DNA of 64,000 nt from the human T2T-CHM13v2.0 reference genome, Homo sapiens, in the NCBI RefSeq assembly GCF_009914755.1, contig NC_060940.1; one strand, 5' to 3'. The first letter of the stretch is position 1, and every line of letters begins with the position of its first letter. A model generated the notes under the pieces. The model searched no databases, was not told the origin of the DNA, and saw only the letters and a program-made list of their open reading frames with translations. Shown here one piece after another: positions 27,877 through 41,733 of the stretch. A program made the translations under genes and the position numbers.

Positions 27877-27984
27877 TCTACTCCCATTTCTAAGCCCTCT
27901 CCCACACCCAGCAGTCCTTCCAGACAAACCCAGCTGTCTGCAGCTCCTCCCAGTCTACATCATAATCCCCTGGAATGCTTTTCT

Positions 27985-28320
27985 GCCTTAGTCTGTTCAG
28001 GCTGCTGTAACAAAACACATAAACTGCGCGTAAAAACAACAGACTTTATTTCTCTCAGTTCCAGAGGTTGGGAAGTCCAAGATCAAGGTGCCAGCATATT
28101 CGGTGTCTGGTGACGGTCAGCTTCCTGGATTACAGGCACTGCCTTCTCACTGTGTCCTCACAGTGGAAGGGTCTAGAGATTTTTGCCTTGCCTGGCTTGC
28201 CCTAATCCCATTCATGACTTAATCACCTCCCAAAGGCTCCACCCCACCTCAGCCTATCACTTTGGAGATCAAGATTTCAACATATGAATTCTAGGGGGAC
28301 GCTAACATTCAAACCACAGC
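27985..28320 (-). mobile_element. MaLR LTR (MLT1A/MST-like)
   Basis: CTTAGTCTGTTCAGGCTGCT..GGAAGTCCAAGATCAAGGTGCCAGCA..AACATTCAAACCACAGCA. Confidence 0.78.
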
Positions 28321-28340
28321 ACTTTTCCTCCTCTTGTCTA

Positions 28341-28882
<542 letters not shown>

Positions 28883-29506
28883 CTAGATAATTCCAACTAG
28901 TCCTTCAAAAATCAGGGCAGTGTCACCTCCTCCAGGAAGCCCCCTGGCCCCCTCATCCCCCAAACAGCAGCAAATTCACTGCGTGTTTACTTTAGCTCTT
29001 TCCCACATCAGACTGAAACCAGGTCTGCTTCTATTTTGTGCCCCTGACGCTAGCACAGTGCCCGCCCGGCAGGGAGCAGACATGCCCTCCCACCCCCCAA
29101 TGTCCCCACTGATGTCTGTTGATCAACTAGATGATAGACAGTGAGTGGAAAAGAAAGGCAGAGGGGGGACCCACTCTTGTTCCTTGGTGCCAGGGTTTAA
29201 AGAGGTTTGGCTGCATCTAGCGTGTTTTCTCAGATGCTCTCTTGCTCACGACTCAAAGGCGAATGCGAATGTGCATTCGTAGCGGGGGCAGGGATGAACT
29301 GCACTCCAAACCTGCACCAAAAACCTGCTCTCTATCCCCAGGGTCTCAGGTAAATGTGGCTTTGTTTAAAAGCGCATTCTCTGGATCTTCTGTTTTCATT
29401 TTTAAACTGTAAAAGATAGAGTTGTTTGTTTGAAAATCGAGACGCTAAACTCTAAGTCTTTTGCTGAAGCTCCTCTCCCTAGGGGCAGGATGGGAGCAAG
29501 GCTTAC

Positions 29507-29767
29507 CAAGGCTGCCACCTACAGAACAGAGGGCAGCGAGGACTGCGCAGCAGCGGGAGGGACCGGTGGCGTTGGGCGCGGGGAGGGTCTGCGCGGGGAG
29601 GGTCCGCACCCGGGAGCGGGGGCGGCTGCTCGCTCTACTCCTGGGAGGGGCCTTTCGAAGGACCAGGTGCTGGGCAGAAGCCCCCTCCCTCCCTCAGCAA
29701 TGAGGAGCCTGAGCAAATGTGCAAGGGAGGGAGAGGGAGGGGGAGAGGGAGGGGGAGGGGGAGGGGG

Positions 29768-29817
<50 letters not shown>

Positions 29818-29860
29818 TCCTGGTCCACACCGCTCAGAGGAGGGGTGCGGCAGCCACACA
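29507..29860 (-). promoter_or_regulatory. CpG-rich promoter-like element with a candidate non-coding first exon of an unidentified minus-strand gene
   Basis: The only non-Alu CpG-dense patch (29535-29660); GC box GGGGCGG at about 29619; strong donor TTG|GTAAGC at 29507/29506; no ATG on the minus strand between the CT tract and the donor. Confidence 0.65.
29723..29817. repeat. 95-nt pure polypurine tract: G-runs followed by (AG)22
   Basis: No pyrimidine on the + strand across the interval. Confidence 0.95.
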
Positions 29861-31500
29861 CTCACCAGGTACACACTCGCAATCCAGCACACTCACAGCG
29901 CACATGCAAACACACACAACCCACAAACAGCACAACCCACAAAAACACACAATACACCTTCACACTGCACAAATACACAACACACACATCCACACTATAC
30001 ATACACGCTCGCAACTTCGCACGCTCACAGTGCACACACACCCACAAACACACCCAACACACACATCCACACCACGCAAATACACTGCACACACACGCAA
30101 CACAACCATACCACACACACAAATACACAACACACACATCTACACCATACACACTCGCAACTTCACACTCACAGTGCACACGCGCACACCCACAAATGCA
30201 CCCAATACACACATCTACACCAAGCACACAAATAAACTACACACAGAACATACATCCACACAATACACAACACACACACAACTTCACAGTGCACACGCAC
30301 TCACCCACAAACATACCCAACACATACGTCCACACCACACACACAAATACACCACACACATCCACACCACACACACAAATACACCACACACATCCACACC
30401 ACACACACAAATACACTACACACACATCCACACCACACACAAATACACAACACACACATCCACACACCACACACACAAATACGCTACACACATCCACACA
30501 CCACACAAATACACCACACCATCCACACACCACACACACAAATACACACCATCCACACCACACACAAATACACAACACACACATCCACACCACACACACA
30601 AATACACAACACACAACACACACATCCACACCACACACATACACTACACACATCCCCACCACACAGACAAATACACTACACACATCCCCATCACACACAC
30701 AAATACACTACACACATCCACACCACACACAAATACACTACACACATCCACACACCACACACAAATATACTACACACATCCACACACCACCATAAATACA
30801 CTACACACATCCACACACCACACACACAAATACACTACACACATCCACACCGCACACACTACACACATTCACACCACACATACACACTCGCAACTTCACT
30901 CAGTGCACATGCATACGCCCACAAATACACCGAACACACACATCCACATCATGCAAATACACTACACACACATTCACACCACACACACATCCACACCACA
31001 CACACAGATACATAAACACATCCACGTCATGCACATCCAAATACACAACACACATCCACACCACACAAACATGCACTCACAACCCTGGACTCACAATGTA
31101 CAAACACACAACACATACATCCACACCACAAATACACCCACAAACACACCACCACACACACTCACAAATACATGAACACAGTCACAAATACAAATCCACG
31201 CCACACACAAATACATGAACACACATTCACACCACACATCCACACCACAAACACACATCCACACCACATAATGCTGCACACTCACAGCAGACATACAAAC
31301 CCACATATTCACACACACACACACAAAACACACATCCACACCACATTCACAACTACGCACACATAAATACACATAGCATACACACACAAATACACACACA
31401 CTCACATGTGCACACACAAACCTACACATTCACACCACACATACACACACCATAGGCACACTGCACACACTCCCATGGAGACACACCCACGCAACCCTCA
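29855..31500. repeat. CA-rich low-complexity / VNTR-like array
   Basis: Degenerate units such as CACACATCCACACCACACACAAATACACTA; very few G on the + strand. Confidence 0.92.
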
Positions 31501-32299
31501 CGCAGCTGCGCTCCAACACTGCATCTGCCTCTGTTCCTGAATAAGCCGCTCTGGAGGCTGGAGGCAGCTGTGGGGGAGGCTGGCAGGTCAGAGCTGTGCT
31601 GATGAGCCGTCGTATCTATGCTCTGCGAAAGCGGCCCCAGCCAGGAACACTCCCCTCTGCCGCAGGCTGGAAGAGGTGGCTTTCTCTGTGCTTATCCTAA
31701 GCCCTTCCTTCTCTGCCTCCACCTGACATCAAAGCCCCCTGGCAAAGTAACCCAGGTTAAGGCACCCCCTCACCTCCAATACACAGGTGGTGGTCTGAGT
31801 GGGTAGAGTGCCAGATGTTAATCAGCAGCAATTAATGTCTTTTTACTTTAATGAATCTTATCACCTTTATCATAAAAAAGTGAAGGGAATGTGTAAGACT
31901 TCACTTCTTCCATGAGACCTTCCCATTTTTGTAAGCTCATTTTTACCAGCTAATTCTTCCAACAACCCAGCCTACAAAAGGTATAACGCAGAGTAGGAAT
32001 TCCAGGGGGAAAGATGTGCAAAGTAAATCTTAATAAATTTTGAATCATATTTTCAATGTATTGGGTGGGGTGTGGGCTTGATAATTAAGGAGAATCTTCT
32101 GTAAAGGTTCAATAAAATGACAAATTCTTTTGTAAAGAGATTACTCATTCTGCTGTACCTACTCCCTGAAGCTAAATTGTTATATAAAAGCCTTACTTTG
32201 AACAAGCTAGGGAAGTTCCTTAAGGCAAGGTGGTGTCCCCTCAGTTCTTTAAAACACAAGTATCTCTTAGGTAAGGGCTCTGAGTGGGGCCTCTTCCTA

Positions 32300-32455
32300 G
32301 CTACATGGTCTCACGGGGTCATTTAATGTCTCCGGGCTTGTTTCTTCATCTGTAAAATGGGAGTAATATTGCCTGTCTCCCAGGGATGCAATAAGAGTTA
32401 AAGATAATATATGTTCAGTGTCTGGTACAGACTAGGTGCTCAATAATTGCTAGCT
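32300..32455 (+). mobile_element. MIR
   Basis: GTTTCTTCATCTGTAAAATGGGAGTAATA..TAGGTGCTCAATAA. Confidence 0.75.
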
Positions 32456-32887
32456 GATAACTTTGGTATGACCATGCTTTTGACCAACCCAGATACCCAT
32501 CCTTGAGTGTATAAATCCAACCTACTCCGCTGAGCTCAGTTCAAAGCCCACCTTCTCAGTGAAGTCTTTCCATGAATATGCTAATTGGAAGTAAACCACC
32601 TCCTTCTGCAATCTGCAGTCACCCCCTGGTACTTTATTTGTTCCTTTCCACATTCAGCTTTGTATATCGCAATATAGTCCCGGTGCATCTTACACTCCCT
32701 TTACACCATAATTAGCAAGACTCATGTCTGAGTCCTCCTTGTGCAATGATTGCACACAGTAGGGGCTCCATAAATGTTCCTTAGGTGATTAATAGCAATA
32801 GTGTGGTAGACCTTGTAGGTGGCTCCAAAAAAAGCACTCCACCCCCTGACCACCAGATAACAATGGAATTTCTGTTGTACCACACAT

Positions 32888-33399
32888 AAGGTAGTTTTAA
32901 AATATGTCTGCAAATTTTTCAATACTCCCCTCCTTCAAAAGGTAAAGCTTAATCCTCCCTGTGTGCTTGGCAACTCTCTTCTCATGAATGGAGTGGGGGA
33001 CAAAAGACAGTGTGATTTCTGAGATGACATCAACAAAGGCAATGTGGTTGCCTTCTCTCTTTTGGATCACCCACTCTGAGGAAGTTGGCTGCCATGACAT
33101 GAGGGACTTCAAGCAGCCCCACGGAGAGGTTCTCAAAATCAATAAATGAGGCCCCCTGCCAGCAGCCTTGGAAACAAGCCATCCATGCCAGCCAGTCCTC
33201 CAGCCTCAGTCCAGCCTTTAGATCACTGCACCTCTGGCCAATGTACTGACCACAGCCTCACAAGAGACCCTAGGCAAGAATCCCCCAACTAAGTTGCTCC
33301 CGAATATGATCCACATAATCAGTAAGATAATAAATGCTTGTTGCTTCAAACTTCTAAGTTTTGGGATGATTTGTTATGCACCAATAGCTAACTAATACA
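32888..33399 (+). mobile_element. MaLR LTR (MLT1F-like)
   Basis: GGTAGTTTTAAAATATGTCTGCAAATT start; GATTTGTTATGCACCAATAGCTAACTAATACA end. Confidence 0.75.
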
Positions 33400-34600
33400 C
33401 AACACAGCCATCAGTACATAGTTCTGATGCTGACCCAATCCCGGACAATGATATATTAAGAGGAATCTGCTGGGGTTGGGATGGAGGCGGCATGGGGAAA
33501 CATTTACTAACTCACACCTAAGGGGGCCATAGGAAGATAAAATCTCTCTTCTGCCACATCTGTGTCTGTATGCAATGCCTCAAACTTCAGGAACCCTTTT
33601 GGAACCAGCCTATGAGTAGACTCAACACTAAGGATGGTAGAACAGACGGAAGGGAAGAAGGTGGATTCTTGTTGATACCACTGGGCCACTGAATCCAGCA
33701 GTCCCCAACTTTGATCTACTTCAGAGTTTCTGGTCATGTGAAATAATAAGTTTATACATCGTATAAGCTACTTTGAGTCAAGGTTCTCATAATTACTTGC
33801 AGCTAAACATACCCCAACTCATTCAAGGAGCTACTTGTAATGGGCTCTCTGCATTTTACATTTGGCAGTATCTTAGACACTTTTTACAGATTCTTTCTAA
33901 TCTCTCTAGTATCCTACAATTTAGATATTATCACCCCTACTTTACAGATGAGGAAACTGAGGCTTGATGCCGTTAAATAACTTTTCCTAGGTCACATAGC
34001 TAGTGAGAGGCACCGCTAGGATTCAGTACAGGCCTTTGAACTCAAAATTGACATTCGTTCCAACCCACCAGGCTGATGATCAAAGTGGCACGCTAAGAAA
34101 GCACCCCAGGATTTGCTCAGAAAGGCAGCCGGGATCACATCAGCAGCAAGCCCAAACTTTAAATGCTCACTCGCTACCTCCTTATCTTTTTGTGGAGCTA
34201 AACATTATCCTCTGCCATGATGCCTTCCAAAGCAGGACAGGTCTTGATGTGATTTTCCACTTCTCACTATATATGGTATTGTTTCTCAGTATCCTACAAA
34301 GATGCCACCAACTTTCAATTATCTCAGCTAGGGAAGCTTCTGCAACCATTCTAGCCCACAGTCAAGGCTCCCTGCTCTGAACCCCCACTGTACTGATAAC
34401 CAGAACCACACAGCTTAGTGCTGAAGGGTTTTCAAATTGTTTCAAGCATCTTAACCTGCCCCCATCAGCCAAGCTACCTCCTTCTTAAGGTCAAACTCCT
34501 GTGCCAAATATTCCTTTTGTTCAGCCCCTGAGCCTAGATATTACAGCATTTGATGCTTAATATACACTTGCCCACTGCTTGATCAATGGAAGGGGGCTGC

Positions 34601-34727
34601 AATATACATATACATACACACACATATATATATACACACATATATATACACGTATAAATATGTGTGTATAAATACACACATATATATGTATATATATACA
34701 CACACACATATATATATACACACATAC

Positions 34728-34812
<85 letters not shown>
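34601..34812. repeat. Compound (TA/CA/TG)n-(GA)n microsatellite
   Basis: About 160 bp of mostly alternating purine-pyrimidine followed by (GA)n/(GAGACA)n. Confidence 0.93.
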
Positions 34813-34813
<1 letters not shown>

Positions 34814-35066
34814 TGCCTCACTCTGTAGCCCAGGCAGGAATACGGTGGCGCAATCTCGGCTCACTGCAACCTCTGCCTCCCAGGTCCCGGTTCAAGCAAT
34901 TCTCCCGCCTCAGTCTCGCCACCATGCCCAGCTAATTTTTGTATTTTTAGTAAATACGGGGTTTCACAATGTTGGCCAGGCTGGTCTTGAAGTCCTGACC
35001 TCGTGATCCACCCACCTCGGCCTCCCAAAGTGCTGGGATTACGGGTGTGAGCCACCACACCTGGCC
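34802..35066 (-). mobile_element. Alu (AluS/Y-like) with an internal deletion
   Basis: Reverse Alu lacking the GTAGCTGGGATTACAGG segment; TSD CTGCAATAT brackets the Alu plus the microsatellite. Confidence 0.9.
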
Positions 35067-36598
35067 TGCAATATTTTTTCACACCCGGCCTACAATATCA
35101 TTTTTAAAATCATGTGTACATGGCTTTTTGCTGCACAGAAAAGTTTGACTTGCCTGCCCTCCTTTATGCTTTTTCTTTCCTCTGTTGATGTCTTTGCTGA
35201 GTCCTTATGAAGTCTTTCCTAATGCCACTCCCTAACTCCCAAATTAAGTCATTCTTCATCTAGGCTGTCATTGTGTTCTATACATATCTTTAATATACAT
35301 CCTATTGCTTTATGATTATTTGCTTTTGAAAAGTTTTTAGACAATCAGATGTGTTAAAAATTCCCTAAGCACCAATGTCTGGTTCATACTAGATGCTCAA
35401 TAAATGTTATGAAAGGGATGCACACGTTTATCATTCAAAGGATAGCCTACGTCTGCTGTGTTCCTACAACAGTTATGACAGCTCTCATCCCACGACATTC
35501 CAATCATGTGTTCGAATCTGATTCCTCTTTTAGACTGTAAGTTACCAAGGGCAAGAAATTGATTTTTTCACCATTCTTATCTCTAACATAAATCACAGGG
35601 TACAAGGCGAGCATTCAAATATTTGTAGATAAATGTGTGACAACTGTGATCTATTTAGTCAAGGGTTAAATGTGTTACTATTCCCTAATCAATGACCAGG
35701 GAATTATTGAGCAATTCAAAGACACTGCTTTTGAATAAAACATTTACCGTACATTATCACCTGGCAAAGAAAAAAAACCTGTGCCTGTTCAAAATATTCT
35801 TTTGAAAATGTTTGATGGGGAGGATCTTTAGTTGATGTCATAGGCTTCTTCAAGTTGGTGACAGTTCCTTGCCAATTGGCCGAAGTCTTCCTTGGTGCCT
35901 TCCATCACCAGGGTGCAGACATGATTCAAGGATTTCTGGTAAGATCTGGCCAGGAAAATGTATCCCACGAGCTCAAAACTGCCAAGCACTATTGTTAAGA
36001 ACACAGATGGCCTCCTTCAGGAAAGTATTATTTTCTTTCCCTAAATAGAAGCAAGGTAAATATGTTCTTCCTTCTTATGTTTACCAAGGGTCTCTGGCTG
36101 GTTTACATCCTTTTGTACAGCAGGCTCTCTCTCAGGCCTCTTGCAAATTTTTTTTTTTTGCACTGGCTCCCGAATGTTCTGCTCCTAAGACTCCGAATCT
36201 GCACTGCTCTGGCTACGTGAGAGAGAGGTTCAAAGTGGGACACAGCTTCACCATCAGTTAATCCTGACTGATCTTCTGCCAGAGGTGACAACCTATCCTC
36301 GGGGTTTGGCAGTGAGCCTGATGAAGATAAGAAATGCCAGACTGGGTCAGACCAATGGCCCATTCTGGCCATGGCACTGTCTGACAGAGGCATCCAGAAA
36401 CGTTTTGCAGAAAAGAGCTGTATTTGTCTCCTATGACATCAGTCATCAAAAATGTGCAAAGTCCTCCTGAAGCAGATCATCTTGGGGTGCCCCACCCAAC
36501 TTCCATGCCACCCTTTTCCAAGCTGATGGAGTCCTCATTTTGTTCAAGTGCTTACTTGCCTACAGGAGGCTCAGGATTAAATCTCTTTTGCCCTATGC

Positions 36599-36815
36599 CA
36601 GGGTTTCTCAACCTCTGCACTACTGACCAGATCATGTTTCTTTGCTGGGTGGGCTGTCCTGTACATTGTAAGATATTTTACAGCATCCCTGGTCCCTACA
36701 TGCTGATATTAGTAGCATCTCCCGACAAACACCTACCTGTGAACACCAAAAATATCGCCAGACTATTACCCTTCGGGGAGGGAAAGACAAAATTGTCCCC
36801 AGTTGAAAACCACTG
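36599..36815. mobile_element. MER20
   Basis: CAGGGTTTCTCAACC..GTTGAAAACCACTG termini; TSD CCCTATGC/CTCTAAGC. Confidence 0.85.
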
Positions 36816-37647
36816 CTCTAAGCCAATATGATAGCCCCATTGCCTTAGCCAGTGATGGTTTTAGGGGTGAGCACGTGATCCAGTTCTGACCAATGTGGCA
36901 TGAGAGGAAGTCATATTGAGGCCTTTTGAGAAATGTTCTCTCACTCTTAAGAAGCTACAAAACTGAAAGTGTCTCTTTCTGGTTGCTGGCATATCTAGAT
37001 CACATCTTATCACCACCCTGAGGATGCAGCCAATAAAAAAGGATGAAATACATTTTTAAATTGTTTTTTTTTTTTTCTTAAAGCCATGGCTCCTCAGTTA
37101 ACCTAAGCAACTTTAGGGTCACCATACCTTAAGACTCTTCACTACATAATAAATGAAATTCATTTCATTACTGACGGCATAAATTTGAGTTGGGGTTTTG
37201 TTACTTGCAGCCAAAAGCATCCCAATATAAACACCTTCCCATCTTTTCCATAACAAACCTACTTTGCTTCTCTCGCTTATTAGTAGTCAAAACATCACCT
37301 TTCAATGCATCCCAATGCCGTATAGGATGGTTTAAAGAGCCCTGGAGTCTGAGGCAAACAGCTAAGTTTGAGCAGCAGCTACACACACACACACAGCTCT
37401 TAATTTCCTTCATTTCTTCCATGTTGATAACACCATAAATTCTGCACCCTTTTGAGATTGTGTAATGGTCAAATGAGATAGTGTGTATGAAAATGCATAA
37501 TAAACTCCAAGTGCTTTGTGGGTATCATTACATTTTCAGTCCCTACCACCCCCTTCAGAGGGTGGCACGTCTACATATTCACCACCCAACACTCAGACTT
37601 CAGCTAACGTTTATTAAGCCTAACTATATGCTAAGTGCTGTGTATAT

Positions 37648-37871
37648 CAGTTGCTCTACCTTAGTGCTGTTGACAGTTGGAGCTGGTTAATTCTGTGTGG
37701 AAGGAAGCTGTTCTGTGCACTGTAGGATGTGTAGAAGCACCCCTGGACTCTACCCTCCAGATGCCAGTAGTACTCACCTTCACTCATGACAACCAAAGCT
37801 GTCTCCACACATTGCCAAACAGAGAACATTTGTCCCTGAAGGATAAAATTACTTCACATTGAAAACCATTG
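37648..37871. mobile_element. MER20 inserted into an L2 3' end
   Basis: CAGATGCCAGTAGTA..CACATTGCCAAA..TTGAAAACCATTG; TSD GTGTATAT/GTGTACAC. Confidence 0.8.
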
Positions 37872-38297
37872 GTGTACACCCTGGTGACATACAGATAAAA
37901 AGATTTGTTTCCTGCCCTCAAGTAATTTATATCCTTCTATAAATGATCATTTATTTTATAACATAAAACAACCACAACCATTATTTGGTAGCAGATAGAT
38001 CTAGGTCCCACTCTCCACTAGCTTGTGGATGTTACTGTCTCGATCTCAGTTTCTTCATCCAGAAAATCGGGGTGATAAAGTCTACCTCTCTAGATCATTT
38101 TCAGAATTCAGTAAAATAAGGACTGCAAAACACCTAACAAAGTGCCTGGCAAACAATTAGTACTCAATAAATGTTAGCTTTGCATACTATTGTGTTCTTG
38201 GTTTAAAGATTATTGTCTGCTTTTAGGAATTAGGACCTCAGTTCCTGTTAATCTTCTTTACTTTGTTCTATGAACTTACAGACTTGAGTCCCATACC

Positions 38298-38787
38298 TGA
38301 TATAGATGTTGGTGCTCCACCTGAACTGCCTCAGATCTTCTTACCATTTCTGCAAAGCCACCCTGAATCCCAATAGCCAGCACCTTCATCTTTGTAGGAG
38401 AGAAACCCCTCTGAATATTGGACCCCACATTGCCAGCATGCATGGTGGGTCAGAAGTGTCTGAGAGTTAATATATCCTTTTCTGCCCTGGAATAGCCTTT
38501 GAAAGATGACTAATGGGCACAGGAGTATAAATACCTCAGCTCCTCCACTCCTTGGCAGGAATAATTCTCAGGTGTGCATTTTACATTGATCTCAGAGCTT
38601 ACCTGCAGGGTTAACTTTCAGTTCACCACCTTGGTATCTGGCTTACTAACATATGTCTCACTGGTGGGCTCCCTCTCCTTTTATCACCTCCTGTCTCCCC
38701 TGCCTGTGACCCCCCTACATGTCCCAGATAAACTAGGTACATTCAATATTTAATCACAATCTGTTTCTGAGGGACCCAACTAAAACA
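38298..38787 (+). mobile_element. ERVL LTR (LTR16-like)
   Basis: GGAGTATAAATACCTCAGCTCC..CCCAGATAAACTA..CTGTTTCTGAGGGACCCAACTAAAACA. Confidence 0.7.
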
Positions 38788-38804
38788 CTATCCCTTTACT
38801 TTAA

Positions 38805-39035
38805 TGATTAAGAGTTCAGACTCAATAGTTATATTTCCTGATTAGAATCCCTTTTCAAACATGTATTAATTTTGTAGCCATGGGCAAGTTATTTCACCTA
38901 TGACTCAGTTTTCTTTATGTAAAATGCAGATAATAATACTCACTTCACAAGGTTATTATAAGGGCTAAATGAGTTAATATTTGTCTAATACTTAAAATCG
39001 TGATTGGCACTTAGTAAGCCCTATGTAAGCAACTA
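38805..39035 (+). mobile_element. MIR
   Basis: GGGCAAGTTATTTCACC..CTCAGTTTTC..GTAAAATG..AAATGAGTTAATA. Confidence 0.8.
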
Positions 39036-40109
39036 TTCCTTTTAATTCCTTCGTAATCAATCCTAGTCTCCTTGGCAGCCAGAGTCAAGTTTCTAGGACT
39101 TGGGAGAACTGCCTACTACCTCAAGCCAACATATCAGGAATTATTTAAGAATCTAATTTTCAAAAACAGTCAACAGCAAAAAGAAAACTTCTATTTGCCC
39201 AAAGGATAATTCCAGACTTTGTTAGTGAAGACATATGTGGGGACATGTTGCCTGCAAACTACTTGGATTCCTCCACTTGAATTAACATTCAGGAAATATG
39301 CCTGAATAAGTCTGCATTTGCTCAATAATCTCTCCTGGCCTGGGAAGAAGACTAGAGATATTAGTGTCTCCAAACACTAACATAGCCCAGGTCTGTGCCC
39401 TCCAGAAATGAGCATTCCTCGGGCTGTTGAATGGCTAAGCAGTATTCCATTCTGAAAGACAGTAATACCCCACACTTGGCCTCCCTTGGGCTGGTGCCAC
39501 AAGGGGCTCAAAATGTCTCAACCCATAAAAGACTTCTCTCCCCATTTCCTCTCTCCATCTCAACCTTGGAGGGTTTCTGTTCCTAATGCTATTCTACATG
39601 GCAGCTGGGATCAGTGCAAGCTCCAGGGCCAAGTTCTACAAGCCTCCTTCCTGCTGACGTGGAGGAAGGAGCCGAGGGAGAGATCTCTCTGGCCCCAGCC
39701 CCTGCCCATTCATGCATCAGAAACTTGCTGTCTCTATTCTAAGCTATTTACCTCCCAGTCGTTGCTATTCCAAAAGAGAGCCAGAGGGGAGGAAAATCTA
39801 TAACAGTATTTTAATTTCCTGATATGACACACTCCATACTGAAATTACCCTTCCAAAGATCAGAGTTCCGCTTGGCAAAAGCCCAGTGAATTTCAATGAA
39901 TGATACCACCCAGAAAGAACAGAGTTTTGTTTTATGGATGGTGAGATGACAATGAAGAGATGGATTGCCTATTTATTTAAATTTATTTTTAATTTACATT
40001 TAAATGCTCTGTGTTTACTCTATCTCAGGCACTGTGCTAAGCATTTTAGACTCATTATCTCAAATGCTACCTTCTCAAGTTGTCACAGCATTACCACCTT
40101 ATTTATTGA

Positions 40110-40452
<343 letters not shown>

Positions 40453-40723
40453 TGATTTTTTTCCATTATACTTAGCACCCTCCAATACATTATATAATGA
40501 ATTGTTTGTCTGTCTCTCCTGATTAAGATGGAAGCTCTATAATGGCAGAACATTTTGTGCAATTTTTTTGTGAGCAGTGCCCAGCTCATAGGAAGCTTTC
40601 AATTAATATTTGCTGACTGAAAGGATGAATAAATGAATCTCCTGGAATCTTTCTGATAACCCAGTGGAAAAGCCACTGTTATCATCACTCCCATATTTAT
40701 ACTCATACCCATACCATCCTACC

Positions 40724-41733
40724 TGATAGGAAGAATAAAGGTCTCCCAATAGATGTCTATGTCCCGATACCAAGAACCTGTGAATATGTTAACTTACATG
40801 GCCGAGAAGACTTCACAGAAGTGATTGAGGATCTTGATATGGGGAGATTATCCTGAAGTCCCTGGTTTGGCCCAATGTAATCAGAAGTATTCTTCTAACA
40901 GGGAGGTAGAAAGGGCAGAGGGAGACAAGGACTTGAAGATGCTACACTTCTAGCCTTGAAGATGAAGGAAGAAGCCAGGAGCCAAGGAACAAATACAGGT
41001 GACCTCTGGAGTAGGGATCCCCAAACCCCAAGCCACGGACCAGTACCAGTCCATGACCTATTAGGAACTGGGCCACACAGCAGGAGGTGAGCGGCAGGTG
41101 AGCAAGTGAAGCTTTATCTGTATTTATAGCTGCTCCCCATTGCTTGCATTACCACCTGAGCTCCACCTCCTGTCAGATAAGTGGCAGCATTAGAATCTCA
41201 TAGGAGCACCAACCCTATTGTGAACTGCACATACGAGGGATCTAGATGGCATGCTCCTTATGAGAATCTAATGCCTGTTGATCTATCACTACCTCCCATC
41301 AACCCCAGATGGGACCATCTAGTTGCAGGAAAACAAGTTCAGGGCTCCCACTGATTCTACATTATGATGAGTTGTATCATTATTTCATTATATATTATAA
41401 TGTAATAATAGAAATAAAGTACACAATAAATGGAATGCACTTGAATCATTCCAAAACCATCAGCCCAACCCCGGTCTGTGGAAAAACTGTCTTCCACGAA
41501 ACTGGTCCCTGGTGCCAAAAAGATTGAGGACCACTGCTGTAGAGACAGTGAATCATAATCTGAGAGTTTACAGAGGAGCACAGCCCTGCTTTCACAAACC
41601 TTGATTTTAACCCAGTGAAACCCATTTTGGACTTCAGTCCTCCAAAACATATAATTTATATAATAAATATGTGCCACTTTAAGCTAAGAAGTTCATGGTA
41701 ATTTGTTATGGCAGCAATAGGAAAGTAAGAGAC
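40724..41733 (+). mobile_element. MLT1D-like LTR interrupted by MER1A
   Basis: AGAACCTGTGAATATGTTAAC; resumes CAGCCCTGC..CCTTGATTTTAACCCAGTG..TTTGTTATGGCAGCAATAGGAAA. Confidence 0.8.
41012..41536 (+). mobile_element. MER1A (hAT-Charlie), full length
   Basis: 525 bp with TAGGGATCCCCAA../..TTGAGGACCACTG termini and 8-bp TSD CTCTGGAG/CTGTAGAG. Confidence 0.9.

Noticed and set aside
29507-29860. Assigning a gene name to the promoter
   Set aside because: No coding exon lies in the window and I do not recognise the 5' UTR; genome alignment is needed.
29430-31175. 581-aa His/Thr-rich ORF and the overlapping long ORFs
   Set aside because: CA-rich DNA rarely contains stop codons, several frames are open at once, and the product is simply a translation of the repeat.
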